Below, one piece after another: positions 15,755 through 28,728 of a DNA stretch of 64,000 nt. This DNA comes from the human T2T-CHM13v2.0 reference genome, Homo sapiens. The notes beneath the pieces were generated by a model that saw only the letters and a program-made list of their open reading frames with translations, made no database searches and was not told the origin of the DNA. Positions within the stretch are counted from its first letter, which is position 1; each line of letters starts with the position of its first letter. The translations under genes were made by a program, and so were the position numbers. The stretch is from assembly GCF_009914755.1 (NCBI RefSeq), contig NC_060931.1; one strand, 5' to 3'.

Positions 15755-16945
15755 AATTTATTTTTATTAATTTATTTATTATTTAATTAATTTCTATTAT
15801 ACTTTAAGGTCTGGGATACATGTGCAGAACGTGCGGGTTTGTTACATAGGTATACATGTGCCATGGTGGTTTCCTGCACCCATCAACCCGTCATCTACAT
15901 TAGGTATTTCTCCTAATGTTATCCCTTCCCTTGCCATCCACACCCTTACAGGCCCCAGTGCGTGATATTCCCCTCCCTATGCCCATAAGCTCTCATTGTT
16001 CAGCTCCCACCTATGAGTGAGAACATGTGGTGTTTGGTTTTCTGTTCCTGTGTTAGTTTGCTGAGAATGATGGTTTCCTAAAAAGGACATAAACTCATTC
16101 TTTTGTATGGCTGCAGAGTATTCTATGGTGTATATGTGCCACATTTTCTTTATCCAGTCTATCATTGATGGACATTTGGGATGGTTCCAAGACTTTGCTA
16201 TTGTGAATAGTGCTGCAATAAACATATGTGTGCATGTGTCTTTATAGTAGAATGATTTCAGCAGCACATTAAAAAGCTTATCCACCACAATCAAATCAGC
16301 TTCATCCCTGGGATACAAGGCTGGTTCAACATATCCAAATCAATAAACGTAATTCATGACATAAACAGAATCAATGACAAAACCACATGATTATCTCAAT
16401 AGATGCAGAAAAGGCCTTTGATAAAATTCAACACCCCTTCATGCTAAACACACTCAATAAACTAGGTATTGATGGAACTATCTCAAAATAATAAGAGCTA
16501 TTTATGAAAATCCCACAGCCAATATCATACTGAATGGGCAAAAGCTGGAAGAATTCCCTTTGAAAACTAGCACAATACAAGTATGCCCTCTCTCACCACT
16601 CATATTCAACATAGTATTAGAAGTTCTGGCCAGGGCAATCAGGCAAATGAAATAAATAGAAAGTATTCAAACAGAAAGAGAGGAAGTCAAATTATCTCTG
16701 TTTGCAGATGAGATGATTGTATATTTAGAAAACCCCGTCGTCTCAGCCTATAAACTCCTTAAGCTGATGCACAACTTCAGCAAAGTTTCAGGATACAAAA
16801 TTACTGTGCAAAAATCACAAGCATTCCTATAAACCAATAACCGACAGAGAGCCAAATCATGAGTGAACTCCCATTTACAACTGCTACAAAGAGAATAAAA
16901 TACCTAGGAATACCACTTACAAGGGATGTGAAGGACCTCTTCAAG
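15755..16945 (-). mobile_element. Nested 5'-inverted (twin-primed) L1PA7-like element
   Basis: TSD GAGAGTTTTTAA at 15743-15754 and 16946-16957. Poly(T) and 3' end at 15755-16258(-); inverted ORF2 block at 16259-16945(+); 3'UTR 'ccgtcatctacattaggtatttctcc'. Confidence 0.92.
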
Positions 16946-18030
16946 GAGAGTTTTTAACATGAAGGGATGTTGAATTTTGTTGAAGGCCTTTTTTGCATCT
17001 ATTGAGATAATCACGTGGTTTTTGTCATTGGTTCTGTTTTTGTGATGGATTACATTTATTGATTTGCTTATGTTGAACCAGACTTGCATCCCAGGTATGA
17101 AGCCAACTTGATCATGGTGGATAAGCTTTTTGATGTGCTTCTGGATTTGGTTTGCCAGTATTTTATTGAGGATTTTTGCATTAATGTTCATCAAGGATAT
17201 TGGTCTGAAGTGCTCTTTTTTTGTTGTGTATCTGCCAGGTTTTGGTATCAGGATGATGTTGGCCTCCTAGAATGAGTTAAGGAGGAGTCCCTCCTTTTCA
17301 ATTATTTGGAATAATTTCAGAAGGAATGGTACGAGCTCCTCTTTGTAACTCTGGTGGATTTGGGCTGTGAATCCATCTGGTCCTGGGATTTTTTTGGTTG
17401 TTAGGCTATTAACTACTGACTCAATTTCAGAACTTGTTATTGATCTCTTCAGGGATTTGACTTCTTCCTGATTTAGTCTCGTAGGGTGTATTTGTCCAGG
17501 AATTTATCAATTTTTTCTAGACTTTCTAATTTATTTGCATAGAGGTGTTTATAGTATTCTCTAATGGTAGTTTGCATTTATGTGCAAACAGTGGTGATAT
17601 ACTTTTTTTCATTTTTTATTGTGTCTATTTGAATCTTCTGCCTTTTCTTCTTTATTAGTCTAGCTAGCAGTCTGTATATTTTGTTAATTTTTTTCAAAAC
17701 ACCAGCTTCTGGATTCATTGAGTTTTTGAAGGGTTTTTTGTGTCTCTAGCTTCTTCAGTTCTGCTCTGATCTTGGTTATTTCTCGTCTTCTGCTAGCTTT
17801 TGAATTTGTTTGCTCTTTCTTCTCTAATTCTTTTAATTGTGATGTTAGGGGGTTGATTTGAGATCTTTCCAGCTTTCTGATGTGGGCATTTAGTGCTATA
17901 AATTTCCCTTTTAACACTGCTTTAGCTGTGTCCCAAAGATTCTGGAACATTGTCTCTTTGTTATCATTGGTTTCAAAGAACTTCTTGATTTCTGCCTCAA
18001 TTTTGTTATTTACCCAGGAGTCGTTCACGA

Positions 18031-19812
18031 GCGCTGAAATTGAATCAGTAATATAAAACCTACCAACCAAAAAGAGCCCTAGGCAAGATGGATTCACAGT
18101 TAAGTTATATCAGATGTATAAAAAATTGCTACCAATCCTACTGAAAACATCCTGAAAAAAATTAGGAGAAACGATTACTCCCTAATTCATTATATGAAGC
18201 CAGCATCAACCTAAAATATGACAGAGACATGATGAGGAAAGAAAAATTCAGGCCAATATTCCTGATAAACACGTGCACAAAAATTCTCTGCAAAATACTG
18301 GCAAACCGAACCCAGCAGGATATCAGTAAGTTAATTCACAATTATCAAATACACTTTATCCTTGGGATGTATGACTTATTCAGTCTACGCAAATCAACAA
18401 ACGTAATTCACAACATAAACAGAATTAAAAGCAAAAACTATATGATCACCTCAATAGATGCAGAAAAAGCTGTCAATAAAATTCAACATCACTTTGTGAT
18501 AAAAACTTTCAACAGACTAGACATAGAAGAAACATACCTCAAAATAATAAGAGCCTTCTACAAAAAATCCATAGCCAAGATCATACTGAATGATTAAAAG
18601 CTGGAACCATTACCCTTGAGAAATGGAATAAGATGAGGATGCACACTTGCATTACTCCTATTCAACATAGTACTGGAATTCATAGCCAGAGTAATCAGAC
18701 AAGAGAAAGAAATAAGGCATACATAAATGGGAAAAGAAAAAATCACACTATCTCTTTGCTGCTGCTGATTCTATAGTTATAAAACACTAAAGACTCCACC
18801 AAAAGTCTAATAGAACTGTCAAATAAATGTATCAAGTTTTCAGAATACAAAATCAATGTACAAAAAGTAGTAGCATTTCTATATACCAATTATATCAAGC
18901 TGAGAATCAAATCAAGAACACAATCTCATTTACAATAGCCACACACACAAAAATGAAATACGACTGCAGCTAACCAAGGAGGGGAAAGATCTCTATGAGG
19001 GGAACTACAAAACACTGAAAGAAATCAATGATGATAAAAACAAATAGAAGATTATCCCATGCTCATAGATTGAAAGAATTAATATTATTACAATGGTCAT
19101 TACAGATTCAATGATATTTCTATCAAACAACCAACATCATTCTTCACAAATTAGAATAAAAAACTATTCTAAAATTCATATGGAACCAAATAAGAGCAAT
19201 AGCCAAAGAAATCCTACGCAAAAAGAACAAACCCAGAGGCATCACACTAATGAACTTCAAACTATAGTATGAGGCTACAGTAACCAAAATAGCATGGTAC
19301 TGGTGCAAAAACAGACACATAGACCTATGGAACAGAAAAGACAAGGCAAAAATAAAGCTGTACACTTACAAGCATCTGATCTTCCATAGGGCTGACAAAA
19401 ACAAACAATTGGGAAAGGACTCTTGATTCAATAAATGGTACCGGTTTAACTAGCTAGCCATATGCAAAAGAATGAAACTGTACACTTACCTTTCACCATA
19501 TATGGAAATTAACTCAAGATGGATTAAGATTCAAATGTAAGAACTCAAACTATAAAAATCCTTGAAGAAAACCTAGGCTATACCCAAAATGTACAAGTGA
19601 AACCTAATTAAACCAAAGAGTTTTTTTCACAGCAAAAGTAACTATCAACAGAGCAAACAGATAAGAAAAATGAGAGAAAATATTCACAAACTTTGCATCT
19701 GACATAGGTCTAATATCCATAATCTATAAAGAATTTTAAAAATTCAACAACCTCAAATAAATAATTTTTTTAAGTGTGCAAAAGACATGAACAGACACTT
19801 CTCAAAAACAGA
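18031..19812 (+). mobile_element. Older L1 (L1PB/L1MA-like) ORF2 fragment
   Basis: ORF 18229-18597 KFRPIFLIN…SIDAEKA; collinear decayed ORF2 up to 'gacatgaacagacacttctcaaaa'. Confidence 0.9.
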
Positions 19813-21660
19813 TACTTCTACTAAAATTTTGAAAAAAATACATAATATCATCACATGCATATGATATCTAAGTAATTTTGTCTAACTTGGAACTAAATAA
19901 GTTCATTTTATTCAGCATAGAATTATTCCTGCACCCTCAGCATCAACCTTTAATTTTGGAAACAGGGTAAGAAACACACTTTTAAAGTTTTATATACCTT
20001 TTGTCCCTAGTGAGTTTCAGGAACACACCAACTGTGAAGAAGTTCTAAGCCCTTAAAGAACATCTCTTTCATGGGGAAAAAGTAATCACTCAAGAAACAA
20101 CCCCAGCAAAGTGAAAAATGTATCTAATAAAATCAAATAGGGAGGCAAGTAAAAAAGAGTTATAAGTGAATGTGACCTGAAAACATTAAAAGTGGAAATG
20201 TGTGTGACTAGATAGGATTTGATTGTCAGTTCAGACTCATATGAATCAGACCAAACTTTACTAATTAATTGTAAGAATAAGAAAATCAAGGGATTCTGAC
20301 AAGGCATAGAATGGTATAGGACATCAAAGACATTTTATACTACCTAGAGAATTGTGTATCTCAAGTGATATTTTTCAAGGAGCTCTACTTCACAGAACTA
20401 TAGGTCCTGGGTTTTACTTACTAGATACCACATGTTAGCCAGGGATATTATACTAACAGCATTTCAGAGATGAGGTACCTTTCTCTGAGCAAATATTATT
20501 AATCTCTTTCTTTACCAGTGCAATTGACAAGAAGATTAGACTAGCTCCTATGGCTTCTTATCTTATTTCCCTAGATGCATTCCTCTAGAAGAGTTAGTAA
20601 ATGGATTTCAGGTCAACTGTTTTAACTCCTTTCTCTTAGAAAAGAAAAGAAAATACATTAAGAACTGAGAATTAAAAGATTATTCTTTGACTGGATAAAA
20701 GATTTAAAGGCATATGATTCTAAATCTATGGATCCAGTTACACTAATTGGTTAGATTAAAAATAGTATCTATCAAATATAATATTGTAATATGTGATTCT
20801 TTTTTATAGTTATAACATCTAAACAAAATTGGAAGTGCCTAATTGAGTTATAAAACAGTATATAATTCTACAAATCTTTAAAATGTAAAACCAGTGTTTC
20901 AGAAACAGATAAGATGGAGTAAATACACACCTCCCTTAATTCAGAGGACAATTATTTGAAAACTCTAAAGAGAAAATATGAGCAGACAAATCAGGGAAGA
21001 AAACCAGAATTTGTACTGTAACAAACCAGTTGTGAGTGTACCACTTTTCTCTCTCTGGCATCCTCTGACCTGTACTCAATGTAATCCAAAACCCATAAGT
21101 GAGCAATCTGGGGTAGGATGAGAGACTAAAATCCAGAAGAATCTCTTTAGTCCTGGCTTATGGAGTAATTAAAAAAACCCCACAAGTTCTAGATTATTAT
21201 AACTGCATTATTTTGCCATATTATTATATTTACACTAGAGGACAATACAGTAATTTTTTTATTAACAATGGAAACCAAACCAAACAAACAAACAAAAACA
21301 AAAACAAACTTAAAGACACCATCCCAGCAGAAGAAATGTGAATTTATACTAAATACAAAATAATACAAATACATCAGACAGATATCCAAAAGAGCGTGTC
21401 TTTTTCCTACTGAATATTGAATAAAAATAAAATATGCACACAATGTGGGGCTGTCACTGAATGTTCTGATCAAACCTCTAAAGAACTAAACATAGATAAT
21501 GATGAGTTGTGTGTGTGTGTCTGTGTGTAGTTCTGAGCATGTACTTGTGTGGGGAAAAGAGAATAAAAATAAGTAAAATCAAATTTCGCCCCAAAATAAT
21601 TATTTTTCTTTGTAACGTAAGTATATATATCACACTTTGTTAATCAACATCAGAACCCAT

Positions 21661-22135
21661 TACAGGATAGTTTCCTGGGTGGTCTTAGATTGACCAGCCT
21701 GGCTCTCCCCACTTTCTAGTTTGAAATTCTCAAGAATAACTATAAAATGTACTGGGAATGCAACATCCTGAAATAAGAGTAGAGCTGGCTGTAATGGCCC
21801 GGGATGTGTTTTAGCTTCCTCCCAGAAAAGGATGTAACTCAGTGCTTTAGCTCAGTGATTCATATTACCCCAAGGTATATAACCCAGAGTGGGATACCTT
21901 TCAGGGTCCCTCAGCTGCAGTTCAAGTGGGAAACATGCAGCAAAGACTTCATCTGCCCCAGGCAGCTTTCTGACCCTTGAAGTACTGGCTCACAATAAAT
22001 CCCAGACTGCTGTTGTCTCTTCCTGCCTATCTGTATGTAATGAGCATGATTTATATAATTTGTTGATTATGAGTGTGTTCTGTCTCACTAGGCTCAGACA
22101 AGTTGATAACCAGTGCACAGTCAACCAGCTCCACA
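21661..22135 (+). mobile_element. Solo LTR, ERVL class (LTR47-like)
   Basis: 5-bp TSD CCCAT at 21656-21660 and 22136-22140; TATA-like 'ggtatataa' at ~21873; AATAAA at ~21994; ends …CCACA. Family name from memory. Confidence 0.65.
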
Positions 22136-23477
22136 CCCATGTCTAGCTTAAAAAAAAAAGAGAGAAGAGGAAAGTATTTTGGAAAGAGAAGAAAAATAAA
22201 AAATAAAATAATAATAATAAAAAAACAGGACCAGAAGTATATTTTACTGTAGGGCACTAGAAATGAGCTGAAATTAAAAGAAATATATTATTTTACATGA
22301 TAATGTACATTTTTCTCCCAACTTCTACTTAAGATAGAAAAATCTGAAAGGAACATACCTCCAATCACTATGACAAGAAGAAAAGCGATATAATCTATGT
22401 AACCATAGTTTTTCTTCATCCCATCAGATACCTGAGGTCACACAGCAAAAAACTAGCATTAAACCTAAGACAAGAGAGACACTACCAGGGAGAGATGTGA
22501 ATGTAAGCTCTTGTTACCTGAGGCAGATTCTGGGCGCTATACAAACTAGTAATAATAATTCAGGTAAAATATTTAATGAATGTTTCAAAGCTGAATGTGG
22601 GATAGGCTGAGAGTATACTGATACTGGAGCATAAAAAACAAGGGAAATTACACCCACCTACATCTTTTAGCAATACATCTCACAGGCGCTCACTAGAAAG
22701 ATTGGTCACAAGGCAGGGGACTAGAGAAAGCTTCGCACACATGGCAGGCTTAGGAGAGCCAAGGAACAGCCACTGCAGGATGAATTGACTGGAGGGATCC
22801 GAGACCCACTCTCTTATTTTTCCTTCTGAACAAAAGCCTGAAGACACTGGGGTAGGATGGTAAACGTTACCATACTCAGGGTATAGGGTGAAGACCATTA
22901 CCACTGGAGGAAATAAATAGAAAGAGAAACTTTGGGCTTTGGGACCCAGACCATAGCAGATCCCCTATCATTGCAGATGTGAGAAATATTGATTTTCTCT
23001 CATTCCTAACACCCAGGGATGGACCACATGCCTAAGACTAAGGCTGAAATGAGCAAATAGAATTCCAAGTAACAAAAAACTTTAGTCCACTATTAAGGAA
23101 TAAGAAGAAGGAAGAAAGAGCATCTTTGAGGTGCAGGATTATAGGGGAAACCTAAAGCTGAGGTAGAAGAGAAATATTGAGAAAATGAGTCAAGCAACCC
23201 AGCAATCATCCAAAATACATGAAACATTAGAAGAGTTTGAAGCATGCGGAGGTTCACAATGACAACAAAAATGAAAATAAGCTCAACTCCTGACTAGATC
23301 ATGTCAACTCCTCACACTAAAGGCCTATCAAAAGAAGGGGGTCTGTCACACAAGAAAGTAAACATAACTATGCTTAATATGTTAAAGGCTGTTACATGAT
23401 ATGCATTAACATATCGGGAATTTCAGCTCTGCAACTAAAACCTGTCGAGGTAGATACAATGCAACAGAAGGTTTCTA

Positions 23478-23680
23478 CTAGTGCTTCCGGGTGGAACTTC
23501 CTGCGATGATGGAAATGTTCTATCACTCTTCTGTGTCCCATATGGTGGCCACTGGGCATATGTGGATGTTGAGCGCTTGTAATATAGCTGAGTAACTGAA
23601 ATTCTAGGTTTATTTAATTTTACTTAATATACATTTAAATAGCCATATATAGCTAATGGCTACTACATTGGACAGCTCAA
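23478..23680. mobile_element. MER3-like hAT-Charlie DNA transposon fossil
   Basis: 'gaacttcctgcgatgatggaaatgttcta…tggtggccact…tttaaatagccatatatagctaatggctact…ttggacagc'. Confidence 0.8.
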
Positions 23681-24758
23681 GATAACCACTTTCTTATGAA
23701 AAATCACTACTCCCTCAATTAAATAACTCCTACTTAAGGACCTAGAAATCAATTGTGTCTAATTAGATTGTTCACAGAGATTAAAAAGAAAACTGAAATT
23801 TGACTATCACAGCAGGATATAGGATGTATTTATTCTTTTAACTTTGTATTATGCAGTCATTCTTCTGTTTCACAAGAATTTTAGTAGGAGTTTTCAGAAT
23901 GGGTTGTGTAACCTTTTGAATATTTACTGGTTCTTAAATGCAATAGAAATACAATACACAAAAAAACACAATTCACTAGAAAACACGAATATTTACCTTT
24001 TTTATCCTCATAGAATAAAAATAATAACAGATTATTGACAGAAGATTTACCTGGTTAACCCTCTGATGATTTCTGTACTAAAATATATTTTACTAAAATA
24101 TTTAAAATAGCATTCTTTCTTAAAATATTTTAGAGATCATAATTGATTTGCAGTTTTAGTATTCTATTCCACTGTTTTTTAAACTAATGTGAGTTATAGC
24201 TAAATACTTTTATATTGAAAAAATTACTTGTGTTTTCCTTTGATTTTTTACAGAAAACTTACATAAGTAGTATTTAGATAAATGAAAAACCAGAAGTAAA
24301 CTCTTCTTGTAGGAAATCATCTTTTTTTGGTATAAACTCATGTATCTCATCTAGACAATCAGTGCTTTTATTTTTGTATCATATGTATTTTATTTAGTAG
24401 AATAGCTCATCTAAACAATTATTTTATTTTTATATTATATATATTTTATTTAGTCAAAAAACAAAAGGTGAATAGTTTAATAAAAATCAGCAATAAACAA
24501 ATTATTAGAAAAGATATTTTTCTTAGAGCAGGAAATACTAGTTTATCTTTTTAAACTATCAAATGTTGTTTCGATTTTTACCATGAATACTTTTTGCCTC
24601 ATTTACCAGAGTGGATATATGCCTTGAATATATGCTCTTGTACATACCATTTACCACAGAGTAGTGTATGGCAGGAGTAGTGGTGGTAAATTATATGTGC
24701 AAGGACATATATCCAAGACTACAGCCTAAATAAGCACCATAACAAATATTGAACTTGT

Positions 24759-24970
24759 GAGGGGTAGGGGGTAATGGGAGGGACAGCATAAAGACAAATA
24801 CCTAATTCATGTGGGGCTTAAAACCTAGATGATGGGTTGATAGGTGCAGCAAACCACCATGGCACATGTATTCCTGTGTAACAAACCTGCACATTCTGCA
24901 CATGTATCCCGGAACTTAAAGTATAATCTAAACAATAAAATAAAATAAAATAAAATAAATAAATAAATAA
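24759..24970 (+). mobile_element. Short L1 3' end (L1PA8-like) with AAAAT tail
   Basis: 'gtggggcttaaaacctagatgatggg…gaacttaaagtataa' plus (AAAAT)n. Degenerate TSD: aaatattgaacttgt (left) vs aaactggacttgt (right). Confidence 0.9.
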
Positions 24971-26493
24971 ACTGGACTTGTAGTTTAATTTCTGATACTG
25001 CCTCTTGTATGATATATAAAATTTAATAATAATTGAAGTTTCATTTTTAAGTATATATGGAGAACTTTGTAATTAGACATTAAACTCTTTTGTAACATAT
25101 ATGTCTTGTTCACGTTTTTTCTTAAGTACCTAGAATACTATCTAAACCTCCCAGTCTAATTATGCCTATAAAGCAGCAAACGCTTAGAAAGGTGTTCACA
25201 AAATTTTAATCTTGGAAAAAACCTCAGACATAATCTTGTTCATATGCCTGCATTTAACATTAATCACTCTTCTTTTTTCATTTGTGAGTATTTGAGCTTA
25301 TAAATACATCTACTAAAAAAAAGAAAAAAAAAGAAAAATTAAAAAACAAAACAAGATTCAGTATTACCCTACTCTTACCTTAAAAAGCAATACAGGAAAT
25401 AAATATAGGCTATCCAGACCTATAAGCTAGATGTGGCCTTGTTAGTCCCCATCTTTGACTTTCCACACCTTGTCCCATTTCACCCCATTCTCATCTATGA
25501 ACAACTGTTTTCCTCTCATTAATCAATTAAATAAACATAGAAGAGTGATGTTCAAAATATTTAATAACAGTAAAATTATACATGTATGATCTTGTCAAAG
25601 CAGGGCATTAAATCATCAAATAGTGTCAGTCACAAATATATTGTACATACCGCCATATGGGTATAACTCATCTAGATAACAGTCCTGAAAATGTAAAAAT
25701 TTATAAGAAAAATAGAAATAATTCTAGAAGTATGTGTCAAGTGTTGTGCAAAATCGTGATATTTGATTTTTGCAATATACGATAAGATACGACTCTCTTC
25801 TATCAATATTAGAACACTAAATCTTGGTGAAATTAAGTTACTTTCATGAAAGTAACTGCAGAAGGTAGAATTAGAATGTAAGTCTTCAGTTAAAGTTCAG
25901 TTTTGGTTTGTTACATCAAACACGGGAAATGTGTAAAAATTAAAAGAACCAAGCTAATCTCATAAGAGATAAAATCTATAGTTATATATAGTTAATATAT
26001 ATGAAGAAGTATTTTCTTCTTCTTTCCATTGTTGTTTTATTTCAAGGATATTTGGAAATGGATTATAGACTAAGAAAACCTGTAACAAGCACACATGTAC
26101 ATGTTTGTATGTTTGTTTCTCTTGGAGTAGAGAGACTTCCAGGAGAGAAGTGTTATAACATGTAAATGAATGATCAATAATCACACCTGAAAATGCAGAT
26201 AAGGCCTTTGCAAATGCATTATTTTAGAGGACAGTTCCATAGATTTGGAAATATCTCACTGCCCCTGGGCTGTTCTCTGCCATCTCCTTCGATTAATCCT
26301 CTTAAGCCAAGCTTCACATTGACCCGCTTCCCCAGTGAGGTTTCAGGTTTCGGCCTCCACAGCTCCTCTCTATCCACGCCTTCACTGACCCATAGGCCTC
26401 ATTATGGTTCCCACCAAAATGCTTACGATCATTTGTCTCATTATTTCCAATCTTTTCTGACCATATATTTTATAAACATGTCTCTGTCATAAA

Positions 26494-27296
26494 TGTGTTT
26501 AATATAGTGGCTGCCTCAGCATCTATTTTTAGGCCAACATAGTTATTTGAAACCCAGTTGTACCTGTCATACTTGGTCTAGTTGAAACTTCTCCTTTGCA
26601 ATATAGTCTGCTTGTTCCTCACTCCCGTGAGGCCAAAACAACACACCCACAGCTGCTAACCACAATAAAACCTAATGGTCAACATTAGAGTCATGTAAAT
26701 AATTTTCTCTTTTTGGGTGTGATTTCCTTAACCTAGCCAATTTATAACCCTAGGGAAAGCCTAAAGATAATGCTCAGGGACCTTATTAAAGTCCCACAGG
26801 TCCGGTCTCTCTCCCTCTTCCTCTCCCTCTCCCTCTCCCTCTCCCCCTGGTCAAGCACCCAGCTATCTCTGGACTTCCCATGGGTCATCAGGGGCAGTCC
26901 TCTTCTCTCATGGATCTATGAGTCATAAAGTGCTTCTATTCCTTCATGTGTTTTGTCATGCTGCCTCCTCTGTGTCTTGCCAGACAGACACACTCAAATC
27001 TAACTCTCCTCCCTGTCAGGCCTCTCCTAGAGTGTCTATCTTGGTATTCAAACTGGACACAGGTCAGACAAAAAACCACAAGGGCATCTGATGATATCAA
27101 CCAGGTGAGAGGGACACCTGGTCACAGGTTGAGCACCTGGGCATTAGGCTGTCTGCCAGGATAACAAAGTTTCCTGTGAAAGACATGCTGTAAACATCCA
27201 TGACCACCTTCCCTCGAGCCCTGTCAGGGCAGAGCTGAAATTTATAGTCACTCTCCAGAGAGAGACAGGAAGACCAAAATTGAGAAAAATACAACA
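26494..27296. mobile_element. Solo LTR, MER54/MER73/MER74-like (ERVL class)
   Basis: 'cccacagctgctaaccacaataaaacctaatggtc' and 'gagccctgtcagggcagagc…ctctccagagagagac…aaaatacaaca'. Family from memory. Confidence 0.6.
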
Positions 27297-27485
27297 GTCT
27301 CATTAAAGTTGATCCCATTGTCCATTTTCTCTGTAATGTTAGCTTTTCAGGCATATATATAAAATATATTTATTTACACATAATTGTACCTTAAGCTTTA
27401 TAATTCAATATATTATCAAATAAGAATACTATTCCCCATTAAGACATACATAAATCTAAGGGTTTATAAATATTAGCAACATTTT

Positions 27486-27875
27486 GATAGACTGGATAAA
27501 GAAAATGTGGCACATATACATCATGGAATACTATGCAGCCATAAAAAAGTATGAGTTCATGTCCTTTGCAGGGACATAGATGAAGCTGGAAGCCATCATT
27601 CTCAGCAAACTAATACAGGAACAGAAAACCAAACACCACATGTTCTCACTCATAAGTGGGAGTTGAATAATGAGAACACATAGACACAGGGAGGGGAAGA
27701 TCACACACCAGGGCCTGTCGGGGGTGGGGGGCTAGAGGAGGGATAGCATTAGGAGAAATACCTAATTTAGATGATGGGTTGATGAGTGCAGCAAACCACC
27801 ATGGCACGCGTATACCTATGTAACAAACCTGCACGTTCTGCACATGTATCCCAGAACTTAAAGCATAATAAAAAA
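27486..27875 (+). mobile_element. 5'-truncated L1 3' end (L1PA7/8-like)
   Basis: 'gatagactggataaagaaaatgtgg…ccagaacttaaagcataataaaaaa'. Confidence 0.92.
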
Positions 27876-28702
27876 GGGTTAAACTTATTAAAAGTACAAT
27901 TTTGTGATTTCTAAGTTATTGATTTGAGTCATCTATAGAAAGCATGTTTATTATGTAAAAACAACTGCAAAAATCCCTGAAAAATTAGTTGGTTCAAAGA
28001 TCTCTAAATATTCCTTAGTAGCTACGTGAGTGGACAAAATATGAGCACACATAGCTGCCAATTAAAATATCCTTTAGAAAACTATACATGTTTAAATACA
28101 GGATATTTCATGAGAGTTTGCAATTAACTGCAATTCCTTTAGTGAAACACATTTTTATAATATAGTAATTATGTTAGAAAAATTACATCAGAATACACAC
28201 GTGTATTTTTGTCAGGGTATTCAATTTTTGTAGCCCAGAGGGCAATGGTTTTCAGAACTTTCACAAGACCATTGAATTTAGGTTAGTGGTGAAGCCTACA
28301 AAATGATAGGCTAGAGTCCCCAAATTCAAGCCTCATAAAGCATGTTTATATATGTTTACAAATTATACTAGAGGCTTGTATTGCCTCAGAGTTCTGGGTA
28401 AAATAATTGTACAGAAGTATAAAGAATTCAAACATAAGCCCTTTTGTTTAGCCTAAGAAACAGCCCAGGCTCCAAGTATTGCCTCCTCGCCATCACTTTC
28501 TAACTACAGCAGATAGTCCTCTTAAAAAACTAAATGTTTGTTGGGTTCATACACATGAGTCTGAAACATTATTCTCATAAGCCTGATGTTTAATACCAGT
28601 TCTAGGGTGTTTATCGTAATAATTCTCATCTTCACACAACCCCATATATCCACATCTTTCTTACACAAGTTCACTCAGGAGCATGTATACATGCCCACAT
28701 AA

Positions 28703-28728
28703 ACACACACACACACACACACACACAC
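28703..28728. repeat. (AC)n microsatellite
   Basis: Direct reading. Confidence 0.95.

Larger units (their letters stand above)
13322..18030 (-). mobile_element. 5'-truncated L1 (L1PA8-like), interrupted by a 178-bp templated insertion and a nested L1
   Basis: 3'UTR diagnostic 'catctaggttttaagcccc'; minus-strand ORF2 fragments (13978-14379, 14528-14773, 15127-15435, 16904-17194, 17684-18030). Confidence 0.92.

Noticed and set aside
13322-19812. Single twin-primed L1 spanning the 18030 inversion point
   Set aside because: The two sides overlap extensively in L1 coordinates and differ in divergence and subfamily.
20890-23400. Possible ancient L1M 5' region around the LTR at 21661-22135
   Set aside because: Resemblance is too weak to set family or boundaries without an HMM search.
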